The notes under the pieces are model-generated. The model was not told where the DNA came from and did not search any database. It saw nothing but the letters and a program-made list of their open reading frames with translations. From positions 868,001 through 932,000 of the forward strand of contig CM035350.1 in NCBI GenBank assembly GCA_020137815.1: DNA of 64,000 nt. Direction: 5' to 3'. This DNA comes from Hormiphora californensis. Taxonomy: Eukaryota > Animalia > Ctenophora. Position 1 is the stretch's first letter; each line of letters opens with the position of its first letter. Of this stretch, positions 46,939 through 59,563 are shown piece after piece. Position numbers and translations under genes: made by a program.

Positions 46939-47945
46939 ATGGGTATTGACATCAACCATAAACATGACAGGAAGGTCCACCGAACTGAACCAGTCTCCCA
47001 GAATGTCTACATCAGGCTGCTGGTGAAGCTTTACAGGTTCCTCGCTCGACGAACCAACGGCAAATTCAACCAGGTAACAATCCTCTACCAACATCCCCAT
47101 TACAGTGCAGTTAGACTGAGAACTATATTGATAACAAGACTTTACCCCTCGACATCACTTCAATTTCAACACTCTTTCCCCTCGGCATCACTGACATTCC
47201 CCCTCCCAGGTGATCCTGAAGAGGCTGTTTATGTCCCGACAGAACAGGCCTGCTGTCTCCCTGGCCCGTGTTGCTCGTCAGATGAAGGCCAAGAGCAGGG
47301 CTGGCAAGACTGTCGTGATTGTGGGTACTGTTACTGATGACAAGAGGATCTTTGAGGTCAGTGTTACAGTTAGTGGCGTCATAGCAACATAGCCTACTTG
47401 TTACCATAGCAACAGATTCTACTTGTTACCATAGCAACAACACTAAATGTCTCTCCCCAGGTTCCCAACCTGAAGGTGTGCGCTCTGAGGTTCACAGAGG
47501 GAGCCAGGACCAGGATCATGAAGGCTGGTGGTAGCTGCATTACCTTTGAGCAGCTCGCTGTTGAGGCCCCTCTCGGCCAGAACACGGTGGTCCTTCAGGT
47601 AGCGTATAGAGCACTGTGTGGTCCTCCTCCTGGATGATAGGAGACCCGGTGCGAGTCCTTCGGGGCGAACGAGATACAGCCTCTAGAGCTGCTTCACACA
47701 CACACACAATACACCTCTCTCTCTGCCTCACACTCTTCTTGCTTGATGTGTGCAATGACCCCTGCAGCCCTCATCACCAAACACCCCACTCTTGTTTACA
47801 GGGCAGCAGGACTTCTAGAGAGACCAACAGGCACTTTGGAGCACCCGGACTACCCAACTCCCACGCCAAGCCCTTCGTGCGAGAGAAGAGCAGGAACCAC
47901 GAGATGGCTCGAGGCCGAAGGAAGACTTGCGGATACAAGAAATAA
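46939..47945 (+). CDS. RPL18: 60S ribosomal protein eL18 (4 exons)
   Basis: [39 protein letters not shown] ... [14 protein letters not shown]. Confidence 0.98.
47599..47692 (+). promoter_or_regulatory. Structured RNA element at the start of RPL18 intron 3 (candidate autoregulatory rRNA mimic)
   Basis: Nested pairings GTAGC/GCTGC, TAGAG/CTCTA, CTGTGT/ATACAG, GGT(C)CTCCT/AGGAGACC, and a cUUCGg hairpin. Confidence 0.55.
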
Positions 47946-48117
47946 GTTATTGAACTTAAACGTCTTTTTACTTCAATGAGATATCGTGTTTTTAATAACT
48001 AATGAACAGCAGCCCTCCCCTACTTTCTCTCTCCACAATCTCTTGTTAACTGAGGGAAGCGCTGCTAGTGTTACACGGAAACGATGCGGTGGACGGAATG
48101 AAAAATGGGACGGAATC

Positions 48118-48765
48118 TGTCTTGTATGGTGTATTGTACACTGTCTTGTATGGTGTATTGTACACTGTCTTGTATGGTGTATTGTACACTGTCTTGTATC
48201 GTGTATTGTACACTGTCTTGTATGGTGTATTGTACACTGTCTTGTATCGTGTATTGTACACTGTCTTGTATCGTGTATTGTACACGGCCTTGTATCGTGT
48301 ATTGTACACTGTCTTGTATCGTGTATTGTACACTGTCTTGTATCGTGTATTGTACAATGTCTTGTATCGTGTATTGTACACTGTCTTGTATCGTGTATTG
48401 TACACTGTCATGTATCGTGTAGAATGTAGTGTACACTGTCTTGTATCGTGTATTGTACACGGCCTTGTATCGTGTATTGTACACTGTCTTGTATCGTGTA
48501 TTGTACACTGTCTTGTATCGTGTATTGTACACGGCCTTGTATCGTGTATTGTACACTGTCTTGTATGGTGTATTGTACACTGTCTTGTATCGTGTAGTGT
48601 ACACTGTCTTGTACGGTGTATTGTACACTGTCTTGTATCGTGTATTGTACACTGTCTTGTATGGTGTATTGTACACTGTCTTGTATCATGTATTGTACAC
48701 TGTCTTGTATCGTGTATTGTACACTGTCTTGTATCGTGTATTGTACACTGTCTTGTATCATGTAC
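48118..48765. repeat. 24-bp minisatellite (TGTCTTGTATCGTGTATTGTACAC)n, about 27 copies
   Basis: Direct reading. Confidence 0.95.
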
Positions 48766-48873
48766 TATAGTACAATTTGTACACTTCAAAGGCACACTTT
48801 GGATGGTTTGGAATAACATAAATATATCCTGTGCAACAGCCATATATCTTACAATCTTTGTCATAAAAACACA

Positions 48874-49782
48874 TATTAGGGTGATCCATAAAGATTTGCA
48901 CTTAAGGCCCTTCCTGGTCGCATGTGATGTTGGGGACCAAAAATTTTTACAGGATCTTTTAGATTGGACAATTTTGGATTCCTAAGACCATACATGAAGT
49001 TCAGAACGGGTTTCACTGGATGGGTGAGCGACCATGTCTAACCTCCAGTTGTGTTGCGATCTACGTGCCAAAAATCAGGTGGTGGTATTAGCCTTATGCA
49101 AGCCGTTAAATGATTCCGGTAGGCCCAAGACTCTTTGTGGGTGAATAATGACCCCTTCTAAAGACATTTGAGCAAAAATTATGTCTAATCGGTTTTCGCA
49201 CTCGATTTTGGGGGCTATTTTTAGAATTCGGTCAAAAACCCATTTTTTCACTTTGAAAGGCTGTCGCCATGGACCAGATGGGTAGTTTGTCATTATTTGA
49301 GGCTTAAATTGAGGTTTAGACTCTGCTGAACACGATCCTAAAGTTATCTGATGGTTTTGAACATCTTAGGTGACCTGAAATTCGAGTTTGAAAAAATCGC
49401 TCAAAAACGGGCGATTTTTCATGGATTTTTGTGTCATAATTGTTGCGATTTGTTGTCCTCCACTGAAATTCTGACACTTTTTCTGCCAAAAACCGGTTGT
49501 TTGAGATGTCAACTGATACAGTGGACTACTTCAGGACCAAAAAAATTCGTTTGCTTATCTTTGTGGTTGCTTTTCGACCACTTTTTGGGTAAGTGAGACG
49601 GCACCATGACCTATGACCATAAAATTCTTTACAGCGTTAGCACAAAATTTTTCCAGATCGCTAAAATGGTCGTTATGAGACCCAATTTCCATCAGGAACA
49701 AGGTCCTGTAAAAATTATATGGCTCCGATGAGCACAAAGCTTTAAAAAATGCTAGTGCAAATCATTATGGATCACCCTAATA
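48874..49782. mobile_element. ~900-bp non-autonomous TIR element
   Basis: TATTAGGGTGATCCATAAAGATTTGCAC ... GTGCAAATCATTATGGATCACCCTAATA. TSD ambiguous (TA or AT). Confidence 0.75.
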
Positions 49783-49824
49783 AATTAGAAAGTGCGTAAA
49801 TGTTTGAAAAGTGTTTGTATCTCG

Positions 49825-51496
49825 TTATAGGACCTCAGCGAGTGAAAGTGCTTCCTTCGCTTCATTCAGTAGCTCTGTGTATGAATTGTCAATCATTTCC
49901 CTAGAGAACTCGTCAACTTTCAAATCTGCTACCACCTTGATATCACCGTGCTTGTTTACCTGCACCTGTGAGGGAGGGAAGGGTTGTACAGATACTTGAC
50001 AATTGTAGTTGTACTTCCCCTTCCTCGATTCTGATCGAATGGGGGAGGGTAGGGCAAAAGCTACAAAATAAAGTATACTAAACTACACCGACATGCCGCG
50101 TAGTTCTCTTACTGGGAGTGAGTAGAAGACCCCCTTGGCTATTCCATAACTTCCATCACTAGGTACAGCCATGCTAACAAACTGTCCAACTGGGGTTCCC
50201 CGTGTCCAGTATTTGAGGTGGTCTGCAATGGCCTTCCCAGTCGACATGGTGGTCATCCCTCGTCTCTGCATGATCTCTGCATACCTTGTCCTGACACTCT
50301 AATTAGGGAGGAAAGTGTTAGATAATTTAGGACGAGTTTGAGCACGGTACATTGGAGGGAGGCAGTTCCCTCACCCTGTTAATCGACTACCCAACATCCC
50401 CTCCCCCATTTGGCCCCTAAAATTACCTTAATCATCGTATCCCGGGCCCATTCCTTTGAGACCAGATCAGCAGCAGGGCGGACCACCTCGTCAATTTTAT
50501 GGACAATAGCGTGAGAGATATCGGGGTACATAGTGGCAGAGTGGTTTCCCCAGACAACAACATTGGTCACCTCGTCAGTGGTCGCACCTATCTTTGGGGC
50601 CAACTGGGGAGAGAGAGAATGGGTTAATTCCTCGGCCACTTTGTTAGGTCACTAAAGGCCATTGGGAGAAATGATGTGATTGTTCCACACAGTGGGTGAC
50701 ACAGCATCTCACCTAGCAAGTCACAACTCGGGGAACAGAGAGCCAGGGGGCATTCTCGAAAAACAGGTGGCCATGGGTACCTGGGCAAGGGTGCGGTTGT
50801 GGTCCAACATGCTCAGACCAGTAAACTGTTTTCTAGGGATGGAGGGAGCATATTCCATACAAACAAGAGCATTTGTATTACTGGGGTTAGCCACTACCAG
50901 CACCTTAATACTCCTCTTCCCAAACTTCTCCAGAGTCTCCCCAGTCTCTTTGAAGATCCTAACATTGGCCTTCAGCAGGTCCTTTCTTTCCATACCAGGT
51001 AGGTGGGGAACTGAGGCAATCAGGACTGCTACATCAGCCCCAGATAGAGCCTCCTTCATTGAGGTAGTGACTACACACTTGTCTACCACGTGACTAGCCA
51101 TGTCCTCTATCTCCATAGCAACACCCTCCATCGCTTCCATGCTCTGTTCGATGTCGAGGAGGTGGAGAACTAGGAGTTGCTCGTGCCCAAACACATCCCC
51201 TTTCGCTAGGGACTGGATCAGGGAGTAGGCGATACGTCCTGCTGCCCCCGTGATGCATATCGTAATGGCTGCCAACTGAAAAGAGGGAAAGTTTTAGGCA
51301 TTTTTAAATCAAATGGGCGAGTTTTGTGAAACTGAAAGGGGCAGTAAAATACGCTAAAAAGTGGGTGGTTTTTGGAGGCCCTGCCGACTGCCGAGGTCGT
51401 ATGAGATTATATGAGTTGGTGTTTGTTTTTGACATTGACAACTTCCAATTAGATTACCTTGCGGCGTTTATCTTCGCAGTGGTGAGAATCACTCAT
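49825..51496 (-). CDS. Cytosolic malate dehydrogenase (MDH1)-family protein with an altered substrate loop
   Basis: [67 protein letters not shown]; five candidate exons. Confidence 0.9.
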
Positions 51497-51755
51497 TTGG
51501 GATCTAGGCCTGCTCAAGAATACCATAGCGAAAACAAATACTATTAATAATGCATGCAACTGAAATATAATGCTCGGGCTGCAACTGCGGTGTTATTTAG
51601 AGAGACAAAGGGGAGAGAGATGTTCTAAATAATTGTTCTAGAAGCTTGGAGAACACACGGGGAGAACAGCCGGGGGAGAGTATGTAGTAGAAGTAGTACA
51701 CAGAGGAACAGCTGGCAAGATGTAATGAGTGGCGGATGAGATTGGTAGGGAGAGA

Positions 51756-51828
<73 letters not shown>

Positions 51829-51840
51829 TGACTCTCGCTC

Positions 51841-51878
<38 letters not shown>

Positions 51879-51903
51879 TTCTCTCTCTCTAGTCTCTCTC
51901 TCT

Positions 51904-52017
<114 letters not shown>

Positions 52018-53885
52018 CTCTCTACGAGAGATACTCTATAGATCTTGTGCCCATTACCATTGTAAATAATTGTTTCCTAGCGAAATAGTAGTATTACCTA
52101 CATACATGTATAATAACGCATGTGTATTTGTTACTCAATGGAGCAAGCTTGCGACCTGGATAAGTCCATTTCCAATGTCGGGGTGTTGATATCCCTTTCT
52201 ATGGCGTTTCAGGGGTATTTTGTCAGGCACTGACTGTATAATTATATCGCACACAAACTACTTCTGGCCTAATATAAATGTCATCTTAGGTTATGTTGAG
52301 AATTGAGATGGACCGATGTGGATCAGGCAACGTTTTGCCTTTGTGAGGGTCTTGGTCACCAAGTTGGTGAGCTTTCAGATGGATTTGAATTTTGAGATTC
52401 TTGGTCACTGGGTTGATATGGCGTTGCATTGCAGAAACCTTTATATTGAGATTTCCTTACGGAATTAGGACAAGTTCATTGCTATACCTGCGGTGACCTG
52501 TCAGGCCAATGCTCTGACCACAGTTCTCGCGCGCTTATTTGAAAGAAATGAGAATAGGGTCAGGCCAATGCTCTGACAGGTGGTGACGGGAGATGTGAGT
52601 GAAAGGAGTTTAGTGTTAGCGTGGTGTATTTGGAGGGGGGGGGGGGGTGCCCGGTGTGTTGATACTTGGTAAGTAGCTTTTAAATAGGATCAGTGGTGAG
52701 ATTTATGGAGAAGGTGAAGCTAAAACTCGGATCACATAAAAGTTGACCTCTTTATATTAGGACTTTGTTTGGAGAAGGAGGGAAGTGGATAGTACACACT
52801 GACATGATACACATTACACAAGCTAAGAGGTGAGGGATGACTCCAATATTTCAAACCCCAGCAATTGGAGTCACCCCTCACGGTGGAAAATATTGAAAAG
52901 ACTTCATTTTGGAGAGTAGCAACGTGTTATTTCTGAAATTCGAACAGTGAAAATAACAACCAAATACACAAATTCACTACTATCTTGTATTAGGGAGAGA
53001 TAAGGCAGCGAGGGAGAATGACGATTAAATATGTGGCCACCGTTTAGATAAGATTTGAATATTTCTCGAATCATCGTGCAATAACGGAGATGAGAGAGCA
53101 GTGATTCAAACAAAATACTCATGGGAGAGAATCGTATATGAAGGGGTCAGGGGAGTCACTACTCAAGCTCCCGTTCCTTGCTATACGACAAGATCAGAGA
53201 GTGAGATGCCACATATGTAAATAGTATTATCTCCACTAGAAATGGTTGTAACAGGGGTATTAGTTGACACACGCCTTCTCTCCAGCCTGATCTCTCCCAC
53301 ACTGTGATTCACACAACCAAGGTGTATCTGTATTATAGATACACACTCACACAGAAAACTTAACTCGGTAGTACCAAACAAACAGATTAACTATAGCGAA
53401 ATTGATCCCGCTAGCACCTCTTCTCTCAAGACACGAACAGCCTAGTTAGATCTATACACCCCGCAGTGTCCCATATAGCATATATATATTCCGCATTAAT
53501 TTGGGGCCATTATTACTACAGACGCATATATATATACGGTGCTGTATATAATGTACTTCAATTACAGGCAGATTTAATCGTTTCTGGTTTAGTTGTTCTC
53601 TCTATATAATAATCTCTCTCTCTTCCTCTCTGTAGGTCTACCCAATAATTAGTGGATACCAGATTCTATCCACACAAATACATATATCCAATCTGCCACA
53701 TGAGACACACACACACATTTCCCCTACAAATACAGCTCTGATCACTCAACGTGGTACTCAGGGGATAAAAAGGCCAAAATAAAAAGAGCAGGGTGGTTGG
53801 TAAAAACGCAGGTAATAAATACAAACACACACTCACACTCACAGTTCACACACACAAAATGCGTCCATAGCGTGCGACTAGAACC

Positions 53886-56800
53886 CTAAAAAAGGTCGGT
53901 TGACGATATATCGAAAATGTCCAAGAGAGTCTCTTCCTGTCCCATAGAGAAGAAGTAATCGTGATCCATAGGTGTGGGGGAGATGGGGAACAGGGGCCGC
54001 AAATCTGAGGGGGGAACAAGATTAGAACAACTGAGTGATAGGTGGTGTTTGACAGGGTCTTTGTAGGACTTGATCTACCGATTACCGAACCCACACAATG
54101 TAGGACTTCCTAGCTACCGTTCCCGCCTTCTTACCTTCTTTCTTGCATTCCCCTGTGTACGGGTCTGAAAGGAAGGGATGGTTAGTATCAGGAACTAGGG
54201 GGCTATAGCCTCATGACTGAGTGGTAACGTTTGTCCGTGTGTCTTGCGTGTCCCAGTGTGGAGGTGCACTGCAAGTCGAGTCGGGAAAGTTTGAAAAATA
54301 CTTTCGCCCGACTGACACTGCATGGTTATGGCACAGGGACCAGGCTTCGCGCGTTACAGCAAGCACTGTTCGCGCGCCAGTTTCAAACACTGTGATTGGT
54401 CGGGGAGAAGGGAGAGCGGCAGGACCCGGGTTGCAGTTGTATTGAACAGGAGGGGGGGGGGGGTGTACCATCAATTTAACCTATCATCTTTCGGCAACAC
54501 ACGCACACACATAGGATATACACACAGACATTGGTACAGCATCGGTAGCCTTTTATACGCGCAATATCTTGGAGAGAGAGGGGGAGAGAGAAGAGAAATA
54601 GAGAGGGGAAAGGGAGCTCTACACCTACGTATGAGAAATAACATCACTATATCATGTATATAGGAAGGTATAGTTTACCTGGGAATGTTTTAGGTCGGTT
54701 TGTTGTTGAGTCTGTGAAAACATCCTTGGTGACATCCATGACAGTAGCTGCTCCACTTCGCTTCCTCTTTCTTCCATCCTGAGAGGGAGGAAGGGGTATT
54801 ATGACATACATGGTTTCTGGCAATACATCATTGTATTTTAACAATTCTACTGAAACAAAACAACAAGACCAGCTGTCAAAATACAATTTCATACAGTAAG
54901 TTCATCTGTCCGTATTGACTGTTCATTCATTGTGTACAAAATACTATGTCTATACAGTGACAACATCGACACACAGACATACAAAGATCGGAGACAAACA
55001 CACAGACAAACACTACATACTGACAAACATACAGACACACACACACACTACATACTGACAAACACACAGACAACAGAACATACAAATACACATGTACCTG
55101 TTCCTCGTTCCCACACATTTTATCAAAGGGTGCAGCTCCTTTAGTGATCCCCTCAGGGGGTGGTATCCATGGGGGACCCCGGGGTCCAGGCCTCTTCTCC
55201 GGACAGTGCTCATTATAAAACCTCCGAGGTGACAGGGAGGTCTTGTGGCCGTTAATTATATTAGGATCAATGTCTTGGAAGACAAAGCTGGTGTGAGATA
55301 CAGGGGAGGAAGGGATAACAGTTTTCTTATTTCGCCGCACAGTTCCTGGTGATGAGGTGGGAAGGGTGGTGGTGGTAGTGGGGCGTTCTTTGTTCTTTGT
55401 AGCGCTGCCAGCAGGGGCTGCTGGGGTAGACCGGGTTGAGCTGGTGGAGGGCTGGTAATTGATATTCCCATGTTTCATAGTAGCCCTGATGTTGTCTGTT
55501 ACAGGGACCTTCTCAGGGGGTCCTGCAGTGCTGCTGGTCGAGGGGTGGGCTGGTGCTGCAGTAGGGGGTCTGGTGTCGAGGGGCTTGGTATCCATAGATC
55601 GGGTAGAGAGTTGTTGTGGGATACCCGTTTGGTTTAACACCCACACTTGAATTGGTGACGAACTGAGGAGGAGGAGGGGTTAGGAAGTAGAAAACAAGAT
55701 GAAAACAAACTGGACAAACAACTCATGAAATGAAGGGGGCTATAGAGGAACTACAATTATTGTACAATCAAATAATGTTTACCTGTCCATGTGACAATGC
55801 CATGACACCATGTGATCCTTCTGAAACAGTGAGATTGTAGGGGTTAGTGAAGGATAACTTGTGTAATGCGTGTGTAAAAAAGAAGTTTTAATATTTGTTC
55901 TATTCACCTGCTGCATATAATTTTTCGTACCTACATATATCGCTACACTAATAATCTAGGAATCACTAAACATCCAATATACTATTGTTATCCCTGACAG
56001 TTTACTTGCTTGTTAATATTTTGTAGCACTGCGTGTTATATTCACCCCCTTCTTTCTCAAATCTCTCCTCACCTTTACACACATACTGTCCCTCCCTCCT
56101 ACACACATATATTCCCAACAGCTGGTGCCGGAATATATCTAGCCCGCAGCTTCCACTGTAACACATATTGAATCAGGGCCGAGCTATGATGATTTTAAAT
56201 CAGGGCCGAGCTATGATGATTTCAAATCGTGGTCTAGTTCACAAGTTTCAATTGAGGTCGAGCTATTCTGACAAATTATACATTCCACCCACAGCTATGG
56301 TAAAGGGGGTCAGGGTAGAGGTGTGTGAAACATGCCTCAATGATCCTCCAGTCACCATATAACTGTTCACTACACGCACTGTGTACAAGTGTGCCAGCAC
56401 ATCAGTTTTCTATCTTTTCTCCAGTTTCTATCCCTCTTCTCTCTTCCATTTTCTATCCCTTTTCTCTCTTCCATTTTCTATCCCTCTTCTCTCTTCCATT
56501 TTCTATCCCTCTTCTCTCTTCCATTTTCTATCCCTCTTCTCTCTTCCATTTTCTATCCCTTTTCTCTCTTCCATTTTCCTTCTTCTCTCTTCCATTTTCT
56601 ATCCCTCTTCTCTCTTCCATTTTCCTTCTTCTCTCTATCACTGTTCTCTCTTCCATTTTCTATCTCTCTATCACTGTTCTCTCTTCCATTTTCTATCCCT
56701 CTTCTCTCTTCCATTTTCTATCCCCCTTCTCTCTTCCATTTTCCTTCTTCTCTCTTCCGTTTTCTATCTCTCTATCACTGTTCTCTCTTCCATTTTCCTT

Positions 56801-57224
56801 CTTTCTCGGTGTGGTGGCGGGGCCAATTTCACCATGTAAATATGTTTTGCGGGCAGCGTACACACAAGTTGTTCACATGTGTACTTCCGGGTTAACTATA
56901 AAACATTACTCTCTCTCTATCTACCCAGTTTCTCTCTCTTTCTCTCCCACTCTCTCTCCATCTACCCTGCTTCTCTCTCACTTCCTTTCATTGTTTCTTC
57001 CCACCCCGCTTACACGCTCCTCCCCTATACGATAGAAGGCACGCACTCACTCTAATCCCTCTCCCGCTCTCCCTCTCTAACCCTCTCTCCCTCCCTCACT
57101 AAACTGAACTAGACACGCCACACGGAAATCAAGTTGCCCCTGAATTGCACCTCTTAGGGTTAGAAGGGGGAAGAAGGGAGGGAGTAAGGAAGAGAGAGGG
57201 AAGAGAGATAGAGAGAGGGGAAAA

Positions 57225-57261
<37 letters not shown>

Positions 57262-57268
57262 TAGAGAT

Positions 57269-57349
<81 letters not shown>

Positions 57350-57790
57350 TAGAGGGGGGGGGTGAGGCTGTCAACTGGTGACTGGTTAACCAAGTAGAGA
57401 GTTACACAAATTTAGGAATGTGACACTATGCAACACTTTGTAAAACTTCGTATAAATAGTACCCAGCAGTGTAATATACGCCATTCTCTCTCTTATTCAG
57501 CTTTATCCATGATGGCCCTCATGTCCTTTCCAGTTCTCTCTCTTTCCCTCTTTTTCCCTCTTTCTCTCTCTATCTCTCTCTCCTTACACACATGCAACAC
57601 AAGTGTGTGGATATAACGCACAGACCAACAGACTGCCACATGAGTATAACACCGCGAGCTTCTCACTCTCTCTCGGTAGACTCTCAGCACCAACCAGGAA
57701 GCCAAAACACTCCTCTCTCCCTCACACACACACACGCTTGATACACACATGCACTCGCTCTCTCTGTATCTCCTCGCGTTCCTCTCTCTT

Positions 57791-57828
<38 letters not shown>

Positions 57829-59477
57829 ACTCTCTCCCACCTCACTCTCTCTCTCTCTCTCTCTGTTTGTACAAAATGAGCTGTCAGAAACCGGCCGGAT
57901 ATTGTAAGGAGCAAGGGAGCAACAGCTCGCTACCACCTCAATTACTATCTCTCTCTGTTATAACAGCGATAAGAATGTATGTTCTCACGGTACTTACAAC
58001 CCCTCTTGCCCTCTCTCCCAACCCCTCTAATCTGTTCCACAGAACTGTGCAACCACCCAAAACACGACATGAATTTTTCGTGCCAAGTATTTTATCAATA
58101 GAGAAACATTCAGAGGACCTCAAACATATCTCAATATTTGACTCCATGAAACCTTTGTTCTTTCTCGTAGTATCAGATTCATTGATACTACACGTGAGAT
58201 ACCTTGTTATGTTCTAACCCTCCTTTACAATATGTGCCGTCGCGGGGAGGCGCTGCTAAAGGTTCAAGCAAGACAAGTCACAAGATATAAGTAACCACTC
58301 TGTTAAATACCGTAATATAGATGGAACTGTAACACTCACCCAGGTGACATCTTTAGTGATATTAGTATCAAGGGGGTGTTGTACGGCCAGTATTTTATTG
58401 TTATCAGCAACACCCGTCTGTCCAATGTCCCCATAACTAACATACAAGTGGTCCCTGTTTGTCAGGATACCATCCCTACTCTGCTCCAACACCTCTAACA
58501 AATCATCCAGCTGCTCCTCTTCCCTCCTCAACTCGTGCATGTCCGACCTGAGTTCTGATGATCTGGAGTCTGCCTCTGAGTTGGTTAGTTTCGAACCGCC
58601 ACCACTAGAGAGAGATGGAGGGGGTTAGGAGGGGAAGTATTAAATAGAAGTTAAAGAGCAGCTAGTACTAAACTGATATATAGTATCTAGAGAGTAGGGA
58701 GGGTGGTAATTTGGCCTATTTTGTATATCTCTTACCACCACTGAATCGAGTTTTTGCTTTTCTTCTGTATGAGCCCTATACCCTCCAGTACATTCGTAAT
58801 GTCGTAAATTCTTCTCTTCTGTCGAACCATCAATTTGATTGCCGCCTGACAGACATACATATTGTTAGAGAAAGAAGGAGAGATAGAAAGAGAGATAAAG
58901 TATAGCACTGCAGTGTATAATTATAAAGATAAAACTGTACCAAGTTGAGATCAAGTATTCCCTCTGGGCTGTTCTTCAGTATCTCTACAAACTTTGAGGT
59001 CAATAACCCGAGACTCCGATCTGACCGTGACAGGGGCCTGAGAGTGTAGAGAGAGGGTGTGGTAGTGAGCCTATAAAATACTTCCTGGTACGAGATTGTG
59101 TACATGTGTCGCAAGAATCAGGCCGGTACCTACTACTACAGAATCACATTATTTAAGTGGGGAGAAAGCTGGTAAAATAACATCTGTCAAACCGTGGCAC
59201 ATACATGGCCAGGATACATGGTGTGTAACAAATGGGAGTGACAAATGTTAGCACGGGAACGACAAAAAAGCCGGTACCTATGTACTACTACTACTACAGG
59301 TTCACTCTATAAATGGGGAGAAGGCAAGTAGTACCTGTCGCCCTGGTGAGCCATTTTAACACCTCCACAAGCGTATGTCCTGGCACGGAGGGGTGGTGTT
59401 CGGGGACTATTGCTCTCCTCAGAGCTGGCTGCAGCAGCGGCCAGTATCGACAGGTCTGATATGTGTAACTGGGAACT
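53886..59477 (-). CDS. E2F transcription factor (5' end probably further upstream, near or beyond 62.5 kb)
   Basis: [50 protein letters not shown], and a C-terminal pocket-protein-binding motif [19 protein letters not shown]. Confidence 0.92.
56420..56805. repeat. Pyrimidine-rich ~26-bp minisatellite (TTCTATCCCTCTTCTCTCTTCCATTT)
   Basis: Direct reading. Confidence 0.85.
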
Positions 59478-59563
59478 AGGGGGAGGGGTGTTAGTACTGG
59501 GAACTAGGGTGGGGGGGTGTTAGTACTGGGAACTAGGGTGGGGGGGGTGTTAGTACTGGGAAC

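Noticed and set aside
47986-48985. Long Cys/Tyr-rich repeat ORFs in several frames
   Set aside because: Artefact of a stop-poor 24-bp minisatellite.
56325-57936. Ser/Leu/Phe-rich and ER-repeat ORFs (also near 23.8, 25.2, 27.3 and 29.3 kb)
   Set aside because: Translations of (CT)n/(GA)n and pyrimidine minisatellites.
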